The notes beneath the pieces were generated by a model, which saw only the letters and a program-made list of their open reading frames with translations, ran no database searches and had not been told where the DNA came from. The position numbers and the translations under genes were made by a program. A DNA stretch of 64,000 nucleotides from Protoeuglena noctilucae. Lineage: Eukaryota. Numbering within the stretch: the stretch's first letter is position 1; the number at the start of each line of letters is the position of its first letter. Of this stretch, positions 23,082-33,200 are shown piece by piece. The stretch spans positions 372,001 to 436,000 of the forward strand of contig OY253673.1 in NCBI GenBank assembly GCA_958009085.1. Direction: 5' to 3'.

Positions 23082-23905
23082 GGTTGAGAGGTGAACGTGT
23101 GTATGTCAGTGGTGATGCGCGGTGAGTGGGCAAGAGTGGTGCTGAGCGGCGAGATCGGGGGATGAGTGACGAGGGTGCGTGCAGAGAGTTAGAGGGCGTG
23201 TGTGGTCTGGTTGGAAGAGGCATCTACCTGTTAGCTGCGGGCATGGACGGGGAGGCGTGGCATGCGGGTGAGTGCTGCTGGGGCAGGGTGCGTGTGCAGT
23301 GAGATGTGGGGGGTGGAAAGTGTGCGTCATAGGAAGGCAGTGGGCTGGCTTAGGGACCTGGTGGGAGCAATGCGGTCGGGTGGATGTGGGAGTAATGCGG
23401 ATTGGGGTGGGGTGGCATGGCCGGCTGCGGGGAAAGTGTAGAGCAGGCGTGTGAGTAAAGCTGTCGAGTGTGCGTCCGAGAACCTGCGAGGCATGCGAGA
23501 GATGGAGCGTGGGTGCGCAGAAGCCCTTGGTGTCCCGAGCGCCGGCACCCTCCCCGTGAGGCGCCCGCCCTTGCCGCCACAGCGCGCCCCACGCCCCTGC
23601 AGCTGCGCGCGCATCGCGTGGACCCCCCCGCCCGCGGCCCCTCTCAGGCTCCGGCTCCGGCCAGGCAGCCCAGGGGGTCGCCGGTGGCGCCGCCGTGCGG
23701 TACTCCAGCCCATATCATCCTGGGTACAGGGGAGCTTGTTTTAGCCGGCAGACGGGCTCTTCCGTAGATGCTCAGTGTGGCCGTGGACGCCCCAGTTGGC
23801 CGGGGCGCCGATGCCGGAACGAGCAGCCCGAAGGCCACCCGTCCGGCGCCGGCGCCCCGGCCCGAATGTCGTGGGGTGATGGCGTGCTGCGAATGAAGAG
23901 GCCCC

Positions 23906-26900
23906 TCAGGGGAGTAGCGGCTCGACGGCTGCCCATGTGGGCGCAGTGTAGGTGAAGGTGGACCTCGCCGGGTCTCTTGGGTGTAAGAGGGCGTCGTCAG
24001 GGTGCGTGCAGCGCGCGAGGGCCCACCCGCCCCGGTACGCCGCCAGAGCGACGAGCTCCTCGGCCATGATGCGCGTCATCTGCGCGAACAGCTGTGCCGG
24101 GGACGCGTCCGCCCCCGCGTCCTCCGTCAGCTGCTGCCGCCTGCGCCAGATGACCTGCACGGTCGCCCCCGCCACGACCGCCCACGTGAGCGGCCCCAAC
24201 CGCGCGCCCTCCGGCACGCGCAGCAGGAAGAGGGCCGACGGGCGGAGGGGCGCCCCCTGCGCCCCCCCCGCCCACGCCACGATGCCCCTTGCCACGCGCC
24301 ACACCTCCCGCGCGCGCGAGCACTCCCAGAACGCGTGGGCCGCGCTGTCCTTTCCCATGCACGCCTCCCCCTCCGTCGTCAGCAGCGGGCACTCGTCCCG
24401 CTCCGCCCAGTACATCCTGTCCTGCGTGGCCCACCCGTCCGCCAGCGTCAGCCACAGCCGCTCGTGCAGGGCGTCCGACAGCGGCAGTCCGTTGAGCGCC
24501 ACCAGCGTGCGCCTCAATCCCTCTCCCGTTATGCCGTGTCCCTCCCCCAGCGCCGCCGCCCAGCCCTCCGCCTTGCGCTCCAGCCGCTGCCGGATCGCCG
24601 CCCTGTCACACGTCGTCCTCGCCGCCTCCCGCACCGTGTAGGAGGCCAGGTCCAGCGCCGCCTTGGAGGCGACGCCGGGGTCCAGTGCCCAGCCCGGCGC
24701 GGTGGCCGTCATGGGCCGGTAGAAGTCGTTGGCCTCCCCGCCGCCCGGGGAGGCAAGTCGCAGGCGCTCCATGAAACCCTCCGTGAGCGCCAGCCCGTCC
24801 CACGGGTCCCATTGCCCCTCCACGTCTGGCCGGGCATACTCGTTGCCCGGCCCAAGGAGGCCCAGGTCCCGCATAAAAGCCCCAACCACCCAGCCGAGGC
24901 CCCTCCGATCCACCCCCGGCAGCCGATCATAGCCCAGCGCGAACGCCCAGGAGACCCACGTGTCCCATCGCCGCGCCGGGTCCCGCATGCAGAGATAATG
25001 CCCCACAGTTCCGAAACCCCGTAACGCCATCGCCCTCCCCACCGGGTGCAGGAGGAGGGGCCGGCCGCCCCCCGCCGGCCGCCCAGCACCCCCCTCGTCG
25101 ATCCCATCATCCGAATTGTCGTCGCCCGACGCGCCGTCGTGCACCCACGCCCCACCAGCCCTCCCATGGGCGCCCGTCGCGAAGCTGTGGAGCGATGAGG
25201 CCGAATCGTCTTGGTCCTGTCCCATGTCGTTGTGGAGGGGGCCAGCTGCCCCCTCCATCGCCGGCGCCCCCAGGGCTGCCACCCCCGCGCCCGGGCCGCC
25301 CCCGCCGGCGGCACAGAGGACCCCCGGGGTGAGAAGCGACGCGCAGAGTAGATCCCCCTTTGTAGTCCCAGTGACGGGGGTGAAGAAGTCCGTAGAAGAG
25401 GCGAAACGCGAGCCGTCCGTGCCCGCCAGGCCCCCGCCGCCCACGCGCGCCCCCCGCCAGCCATGCCCGTCCATGGCCACGTTGGACAGGCGGTCCGCCA
25501 GGGCGTTCTGCTCCCGTGGCACGTGCTCCCAAGTGATGTCGAGGCCCGCCGCGAGCCTCTGCGCCTCGGTCCACAGCGGCACCAGCGCCGGGTGCCGCAG
25601 CGCCGAGCAGTCCCGCGGATCCATGGCGCGGATGACGAGGAGGGAATCCCCCCGGACGCGGAGCTTGGTGGCGCCGAGCTCGACTGCCGCGCGTAGCCCT
25701 CCCAAAAGCGCGGCGAACTCGGCCTGGTTGTTGGAGGCCCCGCGCACGGCGGGGCCCGCGAGCTCCAGCGTCTCCACCCCCTCGCCTTCCCCGGCCGCCA
25801 GCACCGCCCCCGCGCCAGCCGTGGACGTGTCGGAACCGTTGCCCCGCGAGACCCCGTCGAAGTTGAGCGTCAGCCGGCCCTCCGCCGCCAGGTTGGTCCA
25901 GCGCTGCTGGGCGACCTCGTCCGTCGTGGGTGCCAGAGGTGGCGGCGCGTGCACGGGCCCGAGGGTCGCGCGCAGGGACCCGAGGCCCTTGATGGCGTCG
26001 CAGATGCTCTCGAGCGCCGGTAGCTTGCCCCGCAGGCGGCGGGACTCGATCAACTGCGCCACGTGGCAACCGTCCGTCTCGGGCAGTGAGAAGGGCAGCA
26101 GGCCCAGCCGGCCTGCCCCGAGCCCCTCCAGGCACGCCGTGAGGATGCCAGCGAGACCGCCCAACTGGCCGTGAGCGCCCACGCGCTTCGTGATGAGGGC
26201 GCGCGCCAGGTGCCGGAGCCGCCGCGCCGCCGTGTGCGCGTCCAGCGGGAGGGCGCCCAGCCCCCCCTCCTCCGGCGGGGCGGTCAGCATGATGCGGCCC
26301 ACACGGAACCACACCTGCCCCGCCGATCGTGCGTTGAGGACATAGCGCTCCTGGACCCTCCGCAGGTCAGCGACGCACGAGTGGTCGGCGGCGGGGGACA
26401 TCTCCAGGTGGTACCCCGCGAGCGAGGTGATGTAGGCGTTGGCGACGCGCGCCCGACCCCGGATCGGCAGCCCCAGCGATGACGCCGCGTCCGCGCGGCG
26501 CAGGGCCTCCCCCAGCCGCCCGGGCCACACCAGCGCCGCCTGCTCTCTCGTCTGCGCCCCCAGCAGCCGCACGCCCCCCGGCTCCACCCCCCACGGGCAG
26601 CCCTGCGCGGCGGCCTTGGCCTCCTGCCGCTTGTTGATGCGTCCCAGTCGGTAGAGCTTCGTCTTGGTCTGGCTCGCCTTCAGCCCGGACACACGGTGGA
26701 AGTCCCGCAGCACCTCGGCCAGCTCCCGCCACGGGTCGAGTTGGTTCCTGTCGCGCCCCACGAGCCGTTGGAGCAGCACGTTGAAGTCGTCGGCGAAGGC
26801 CAGCAGCGTCTCGGCCCTGCCGCCCGTCGTCCGGATGCCGAGCACGCGGTCGCACCGCGGGCCGCCCGGCAGCTGCACCGGCTCCTGGCCCCACGCCCGC

Positions 26901-29476
26901 AGCCTCTCTGCGAGGGGCTCCACCGCCAGCACGAAGATGAGCGGGCTCAGGGGGCATCCCTGCTTGACGCCCCGGTTGAGCGGGAACGGCTCCCCCGCCG
27001 CCCCGTTGAGGACCAGGCTCGCCCGGCTGTCGCTCTGCAGCGCCACCGCCGCCTTGACAAAACGCGGCGGGAGCCCTCCCCACGCCATCGCGTCCGCAGC
27101 CCACCCCCGGAAGGCCGTGTCGTACGCCTGTTTGAAGTCCACCAGCACCGCCCACGCCGACTGCCGCCGGATGCGCATGAGCTCGTCGAGCAGATGCAGC
27201 GAGAAGATGGCCGTCCCAATGTCACGCCCGGGGACGAAACCCAACTGGTCCTCGTGCACGAGCTGCGGCAGCACCCGCAGCAGCCGCGCCGTCAGCACCT
27301 TGGCCGAAGACTTGTAGAGGACGGACAGTAGGGAGATGGGGCGGTACCGCCGCCAGTCCGTCCGCGAGCCGCCCTTGTGGATGAGCGTGATGGCGGCGTC
27401 CGCGAGGCGGCCGTCGTGCCCCTCGCCGCGGAGGAGCTTGTTGACGAAGTAGGCGACCACCCGCTCGACACCCGCCTCGGTCCCGGTGCCCTGGCACGCC
27501 TTCAGCAGCGCCGGGGAGATGCCGTCCGCGCCACCGCAGCTGTCGCCCCGTAGACCCTGTATCGCCTCCGCCGCCTCCGCCCGTGTCACGTCTGCCTCGA
27601 GAGCGGCCCTCGCCTCCTCCGACAGCGGCGACCGCGGGTTGCGCAGGAAGTTAGCGCGTGCCCTCTCATGTTGGCCGTCCGCGGAGGCAGGGGGCGCGGC
27701 AGGGGCGTAGAGCTGGGCCATGTTGGTCTGCAGGTCCCGCGCGAGGTCGTCCGTGACGCCCTCGACCCGCCGCCGCCACTTGAAATGGGCCGTGATCCGC
27801 CGACTCGGCACGGCCCCGAAGACCCGCAGAAAGTGCTTCGCCCGCTCGCTCTGCCACTGGACCTCCTGCTGCTCCAGCACCGTCAGCTGGCGCTGCAGGT
27901 CCAGCATCCGGTCCCAGTCCTCCGTCGCGTTCGTCCGCTGCGCCCTCCTCTCTGCCCGTCCCAGTTGCTTCTCCAGACGCCTCCGCTCCCCGTCCCGCCG
28001 CCGCCGCACCACCAGGTTGATCGCCTCCGCGCGGTGCCGGATGACCTTGGCCACTCGCACCGACGTGCACCCCGGCCCGTCCGCCGGTAAGTCCCTCCAC
28101 ACACCCCGCCGGAATCGCTCGGCCTCATGGCTCCCCGGCGCCCAGAGCGGCCGGACCTGCCGCAGCGGGTTGCGCCCCGCGGCCCTGTCTGCCCGCCGCC
28201 GTAGCGTCAGGACGAGCGCCTTGTGGTCCAGCCCGGGCACGAAGCGCGCCGCCAGCGTCGCCGGGTACCGGACCAGCAGGGCCGGGCGCGCCAGGCAGCG
28301 GTCAATGCGCGCCGCCGGCGTCGCTGCCCCCTCCGCTCGCGCCCCGAACCACGTGTAGGTGTCCCGGCGCAGCCCCAGCTGCACGTGCACGTCCGCCAGC
28401 CCCTGCGGCCCCGTCACGTTCTCCGCCCAGTGGATGACCTTGGCCAGGTCGTCGTGGTAGCGCCGGGACGCCCGCTCGAGCGGGTGACCCGACGTGCAGT
28501 TGAAGTCCCCGACGACGATCGTCTCCCTGTGCGCCTGGCGAGGCGGCATCAGATGCCGCAGCCGCGCAGTGAAGTCCCTGTGCGCTGCCGCCCCCCCGGA
28601 CGCCGGCGCGTAGACCCCCACCACCGTGAAGCGCCGGTCGGCCCATGCGAGGTCGGCTGCGCACGCCCGCCCCGCCAGCCCTTCCACGTCCGCCCCGCGC
28701 CGCTTCGGCGCGCCCGCCACCGACTCCCGATGTACCAGCACCCCCACGCCCCCCGGGCCGCCGTTCTCGTCCAGCGACCAGTGGCAGAAGTATTGGGGGA
28801 AGAATCCCGACGCCACCGCCTCCTGCCCCGCCCGCATCTTGACCTCCTGTAGAACCACCACGTCCGCCCGCAGCCTCCGCACCAGCCGCCGCACCGTCGC
28901 CCGCTTGCCCGCCATGGCCCCGCTCGACAGCCCCCGCACGTTGACGCTGACGACCCGCAGGTCGTCGGGCGCGAGGTCCCGCGCCGCGCTCCGCCTTCCC
29001 CGTCGCCGTGGCCCGCGCGCCGGCACCGCGGCCGGCGCCATCCGCGGCGGCGGCGGCGGCGGGGGCAGATTCCCCAACGGCGGCAGCGGGATGGGTGGGA
29101 GCGCGCCGATACGCGCTCCCGGCGCCTCCCCAACCTCCGACCCTTGCGCTCCCGAGCTTCGAACGCCTCCAGACCGACTCTCCCCGCTCCCCCGGCCTCG
29201 CAGACCGCTCCCGCCCCCCCTTCTCCTCGCGCCGCCATGCTGCCCCAGCGCGCCCCCGCGCCGCGCACCCGCGCCCGCTCCGCCTCCTCCGCCCCCCGTA
29301 GACCCTCCTGCGATATCTTCTGAACCTTCTGCATGCAAAAGACCCGACGCCGGCCCCGCCCCGCCACCGCGCGGGCCCCGAACGCTCGAGCTAACAACAC
29401 CATCTGATCGGGCCGCCCCCGTCGCCGCATCCCCCTCCCGCCGGCCTCCCGGCCCATCCATGCTACAGATCGTCAT
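23906..29476 (-). CDS. Retrotransposon polyprotein: AP endonuclease + reverse transcriptase + RNase HI + CCHC zinc knuckle (intronless, ~1850 aa)
   Basis: APE: SVNVRGL, LQEVK, VGDFN, RIDR, DHK. RT: YRPISLL, DFKQAYD, GVKQGCPLSP, AFADD. RNase H: NFDGVSRGN, NNQAEF, GDS, HVPREQNALAD. Knuckle: CPLL...C...HAFWEC. First ATG at 29476; alternative at 29041. Confidence 0.96.
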   Translation of the reverse strand: MTICSMDGPGGRREGDAATGAARSDGVVSSSVRGPRGGGAGPASGLLHAEGSEDIAGGSTGGGGGGAGAGARRGGALGQHGGARRRGGGSGLRGRGSGESRSGGVRSSGAQGSEVGEAPGARIGALPPIPLPPLGNLPPPPPPPRMAPAAVPARGPRRRGRRSAARDLAPDDLRVVSVNVRGLSSGAMAGKRATVRRLVRRLRADVVVLQEVKMRAGQEAVASGFFPQYFCHWSLDENGGPGGVGVLVHRESVAGAPKRRGADVEGLAGRACAADLAWADRRFTVVGVYAPASGGAAAHRDFTARLRHLMPPRQAHRETIVVGDFNCTSGHPLERASRRYHDDLAKVIHWAENVTGPQGLADVHVQLGLRRDTYTWFGARAEGAATPAARIDRCLARPALLVRYPATLAARFVPGLDHKALVLTLRRRADRAAGRNPLRQVRPLWAPGSHEAERFRRGVWRDLPADGPGCTSVRVAKVIRHRAEAINLVVRRRRDGERRRLEKQLGRAERRAQRTNATEDWDRMLDLQRQLTVLEQQEVQWQSERAKHFLRVFGAVPSRRITAHFKWRRRVEGVTDDLARDLQTNMAQLYAPAAPPASADGQHERARANFLRNPRSPLSEEARAALEADVTRAEAAEAIQGLRGDSCGGADGISPALLKACQGTGTEAGVERVVAYFVNKLLRGEGHDGRLADAAITLIHKGGSRTDWRRYRPISLLSVLYKSSAKVLTARLLRVLPQLVHEDQLGFVPGRDIGTAIFSLHLLDELMRIRRQSAWAVLVDFKQAYDTAFRGWAADAMAWGGLPPRFVKAAVALQSDSRASLVLNGAAGEPFPLNRGVKQGCPLSPLIFVLAVEPLAERLRAWGQEPVQLPGGPRCDRVLGIRTTGGRAETLLAFADDFNVLLQRLVGRDRNQLDPWRELAEVLRDFHRVSGLKASQTKTKLYRLGRINKRQEAKAAAQGCPWGVEPGGVRLLGAQTREQAALVWPGRLGEALRRADAASSLGLPIRGRARVANAYITSLAGYHLEMSPAADHSCVADLRRVQERYVLNARSAGQVWFRVGRIMLTAPPEEGGLGALPLDAHTAARRLRHLARALITKRVGAHGQLGGLAGILTACLEGLGAGRLGLLPFSLPETDGCHVAQLIESRRLRGKLPALESICDAIKGLGSLRATLGPVHAPPPLAPTTDEVAQQRWTNLAAEGRLTLNFDGVSRGNGSDTSTAGAGAVLAAGEGEGVETLELAGPAVRGASNNQAEFAALLGGLRAAVELGATKLRVRGDSLLVIRAMDPRDCSALRHPALVPLWTEAQRLAAGLDITWEHVPREQNALADRLSNVAMDGHGWRGARVGGGGLAGTDGSRFASSTDFFTPVTGTTKGDLLCASLLTPGVLCAAGGGGPGAGVAALGAPAMEGAAGPLHNDMGQDQDDSASSLHSFATGAHGRAGGAWVHDGASGDDNSDDGIDEGGAGRPAGGGRPLLLHPVGRAMALRGFGTVGHYLCMRDPARRWDTWVSWAFALGYDRLPGVDRRGLGWVVGAFMRDLGLLGPGNEYARPDVEGQWDPWDGLALTEGFMERLRLASPGGGEANDFYRPMTATAPGWALDPGVASKAALDLASYTVREAARTTCDRAAIRQRLERKAEGWAAALGEGHGITGEGLRRTLVALNGLPLSDALHERLWLTLADGWATQDRMYWAERDECPLLTTEGEACMGKDSAAHAFWECSRAREVWRVARGIVAWAGGAQGAPLRPSALFLLRVPEGARLGPLTWAVVAGATVQVIWRRRQQLTEDAGADASPAQLFAQMTRIMAEELVALAAYRGGWALARCTHPDDALLHPRDPARSTFTYTAPTWAAVEPLLP

Positions 29477-29884
29477 TTTACCGCACGCTGCCAAGCGCGC
29501 GGCGCCTCGCAAGCCCCCCTCGGCTCCGGGGCGCGGCTCGTCCCGAGCCAACGAGACCGAGCGGCTGTGCCTTCACCTGGCGCCTGCCAGGGGTTTTGCG
29601 AACTCGCCTCCTGCCTAGAGAGTCGCGATGCACATGACCGTTCCGCCGCACCCCTCGCCACCCTCCCGCTCGCGCTACGCCGACGGCCTACCTGATGATG
29701 ATGAGCGATGATGATCCCGCGCGCCTAATCCGATGATGAAAGCGAAAGCCCCCCCTGGGCGGGCCAGCGCGTCGACTATTGAGGCGAAACGCGAGGCGTC
29801 GAGAGGCGTGATGCGAGCCGTCGACGGATCGGAAAAAGGTCACTAAACACTTCTCCACAACGATCACGCCATTTAGACCTCCGC

Positions 29885-29894
29885 AAAACAAAAA
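29885..29894 (-). terminator. Pol III oligo-T terminator of tRNA-Leu
   Basis: Minus strand TTTTTGTTTT begins 9 nt after the tRNA 3' end. Confidence 0.7.
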
Positions 29895-29902
29895 GGCACT
29901 TG

Positions 29903-29986
29903 TAGCAGTGGTGGGGTTCGAACCCACGCGCACTTTCGTGCAGATGCTCTTAAGGCACCCTCCTTGAACCACTCGGACACACTGCC
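29903..29986 (-). tRNA. trnL-UAA: tRNA-Leu(UAA), intronless, long variable arm
   Basis: GGCAGTG-TGTCCGAGTGGTTCAAGGAG-GGTGC CT TAA GA GCATC-TGCACGAAAGTGCG-CGTGGGTTCGAACCCCAC-CACTGCTA. A and B boxes, acceptor stem and an AT-rich element ~30 nt upstream are all present. Confidence 0.95.
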
Positions 29987-30253
29987 ACGGAGGCAAGTAT
30001 GGGTAAACCCCCGTGTATAGATATCAATACACCTGCGGGGCATGACACGCCCGCTCTGGCACCGCCCTAACGCCTCCCAGCGGTCCCAAGCCGCCCAACC
30101 GCCCCCCGCCTTGGTCAGAACTTTACATTTCGCTCCCCGAGTCACAACCGGAGCCCGGGGACGCCCTGGATATCCGCGCCTCGCCGCGCCTCGCCGTTTC
30201 CCCCGCCCCGCGCCGCCGCCCGCCGGGCCCTGAGAGCGCCGCGCTAGAGGAAG

Positions 30254-33200
30254 ATGGCGTCGCGTTTCTGGGCGGCCGCCTCGTCCTCGGAGGAAGAGAG
30301 CTCGGAGAAGAGCGAGTCGAGCGAGGTGGGGGGAGGGACGCTGCGCGCGCCGGCAATGCCCCAGCGTAGGTTCGAGGCCACGGGACCCCAGCGGCAGCGC
30401 CGGCGCCCCGGCGGATCCGCGCGCCACGCCCCGCCCGCAGTGGGGCTCGGAGGGGTCCGAGTCCGAGTCCGATGACTCCTCCAAATCGTCTTCCGAGAGC
30501 TCTTCGTCGGGGTCCTCGTCCGAGGTGGGGCCGGATCCGCGCGCAGGGGGCGCGCCCGGTGCCCGGGGGCCCCCGCGAACGTGGCGGTGGCTGCTGCGCC
30601 GCGTGCCGTCCCCGGGGGCCGCCTCCCGCCCGCGCGGGCGCTGACTGGGCTTCCTCATGTCATCGCAGAACGCGAGGAACAAGTTCTTGGCCGGGGGCGA
30701 TTCGGACTGGGACTCGGACGACTCGGACGCCCGGGGCGGCAAGCGCACCGTCCGCTCGGGCCGGGACAAAATCCTCTCGGCCATCTCCGACGTCGCGGAC
30801 GCGATCGACGATGCCGTGGATGCCGGGGAGTGGACGGTCGTGCTTGACAAGGTCGACGACCTCTTCCAGGCCGCCGACAAGTGGGTCACCCTCACGTCGG
30901 GACCCACGCGCAAGGGCCGCGTCCCGAACGCCTTCGTGCGCGCCCTCGTGGAGCTCGAGGACGGCGTCGAGAAGCAGTTCGCGGAGGAGAACAAGGAGGA
31001 GCTCAAGAAGCTGAACAAGGCGAGACGCGCAAGCTGCGCGCGCCACCGCCGAGGCGCAGGCCCCGGCGCCCCGGCCCGCGACGCGCCCTTCCGGCCCGTG
31101 CTCCGCAGACGAACGCGAAGGCGCTCAACACCCTGCGCCAGCGCCTGCGGAAGGCCGTGCAGGTGGACGACCTGCCCGAGCTGATGAAGCGGTGCCGCGC
31201 CGACCCCGGGGACTTCCTGGAGGAGGACGAGGAGGCGGACGAGGGCGGCGCGGAGGCGGACCGGGCCGCGGAACCGGAGAAGGACTCGATCTTTTCGATG
31301 GACCCCAAGGACATCACGTTCAAGGTCGTGAACGAGAAGCTGCAGGAGGCGCGGCTGCAGCGGGGGCGCAAGGGCGTGTCGCGGCAGGACCAGCTCAACC
31401 TCCTCCTCTTCCTGCGCCGCCACGCCAAGGGCCAGGCGCAGGAGGTGGCCGTTGTCCTGGCGCTCATCAGCCTCATGTTTGACCTCCTGCCCGCCACCGC
31501 CACGCACCTCCCCGCGGCCCTCTGGCGCCGCTCGGTGCTCTACCTCTCCCACGTCCTCGACGTCGTCGAGACGTCCGGGTCCGTCGTCGTGGACGAGCTC
31601 GCCGTGTCGTTCGACGAGGCCACCGACGAGCCCGACGCCGCCGCGGGGCCCGTGCGCGTGCCGGGCAACCTGGTGGGCCTCGTGGAGCGCCTCGACGAGG
31701 AGCTCTTTAAGTGCCTCCAGCACACGGACCCCCACACCAACGAGTACCTCTCGCGGCTCAAGGACGAGGCCGTGCTGCTCGCCGTGGCCCAGCGCGTGTC
31801 CAAGTACCTGGAGAGCCGGGGCGACACGGCCGGCGTGGCGCGCGTGGCCCTGCGGCGCATCGAGCACTACTACTTCAAGACGGACGCGGTCTTCGAGGCG
31901 CTGCGGCGGACAGCGCAGGAGCCCATCGCCATCACCATGAAGGACGCCGAGACGCGGCTCTCCTTTGCCATGGAGCGCGAGGGCGCCGAGATGCCGGTCG
32001 AGGACGACGGCGCGGAGGAGGCGGAGGCGCCGCCCGTCGAGGAGGCCGTCGCGCGGATGGTGAGCGGCTTGTGGCGGGCGCGGAGAGTCGTGGGCGCGGA
32101 GTTGCCTCATAGCCCACCAAGCCTTGGGTCACGCGGTGCGGTCGCCGTCTCTGCCAGCGGGCGATTCGGCGTGGACGCGTACGCTGGGGTGGTCCTAACC
32201 GTGGCGCGCTCAACTCCTCCCGGCGCCCCCCCGACCCCCGCAGACGCTTCGGCTGGACATCTCGCGTGACGAGACGCTGACGGACGTGGTCAAGAGCCTG
32301 GCGCAGGTCATCTACCGCCACGGCGACGAGCGCTCCAAGACCCGCGCGCTCCTCTGCTCCGTCTACCACCTCTCCCTGCGCGGGGCCTTCTACCAGGCGC
32401 GGGACACGCTCCTCATGTCTCACCTCCAGGAGAGCGTGACGAACATGGACATCCAAACGCAGATCCTGTTCAACCGCGCCATGGCCATGTTCGGCATCTG
32501 CAAATTCAAGGCCGGCCTCATCCAGGAGTCGTACAACTGCATGGCGGAGCTCTACGGGTCGGGGCACGCCAAGGAGCTCCTGGCCCAGGGCCTCATCCAG
32601 TCCAAGACGCCGGAGAAGACGCAGGAGCAGGAGGCGCTGGAGCGGCGCAGGCAGATGCCCTTCCACATGCACATCAACCTGGAGCTCATGGAGGTGAGGG
32701 CGGGAGCCGTGGCGGGCGGCACAGATGAAGCGCGTGCATGCGGCTGGCGTCTCAGCGTTCGCCTGTCCCTGTCTGGCCTTGTTTGATCTCGTCGCGTTCT
32801 AATTATCCGCAGACGGTTCACCTGTCTTGCTGCCTGGTGCTGGACCTGCCCCAGCTGGTGCGGGGTGGCCGCGCCGCCATGCAGTCGCTGCCCTTCAAGC
32901 GTCTGATGGACAACCAGGCCAAGGCCTCGTTCATCGGCCCGCCCGAGACGGTCCGCGACCACATCATGGCCGGCGCGCGGGCGCTGCTGCAGGGCGACTG
33001 GGAGCTGGCCATGTCATATGTGTCGGCCTTAAAGGCGTGGGACCTGCTGCCCCAGAAGGCCAATGCCATGGAGATGCTGCGCGAGCAGCTCAAGAAGACG
33101 GCGCTCAAGGCGAGTCTCGGGGTCTATGTTTCTTGGGGCATAGCTGTGGCACAGGTGGGGGTCTGTGTTGACGGCCGGTGACGAGGGAGAAGCGTGCCGA

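Larger units (their letters stand above)
20882..29693 (-). mobile_element. L1/Tx1-type non-LTR retrotransposon; boundaries inferred from a candidate TSD
   Basis: Intact APE-RT-RNaseH-Zn knuckle ORF. Near-identical direct repeats gatggtgatgagcgat (20866-20881) and gatgatgatgagcgat (29694-29709). The ORF is certain; the ends are inferred. Confidence 0.6.

Noticed and set aside
29692..29750. Hammerhead ribozyme core (CTGATGA ... GAAA)
   Set aside because: No stem II between the motifs, the CTGATGA comes from a GAT repeat, and it lies on the antisense strand of the element.
29873..32110. 745-aa minus-strand ORF and many other long overlapping ORFs
   Set aside because: These are antisense or alternative-frame shadows of real genes (here eIF3c), expected at very high GC, with no recognisable motifs.
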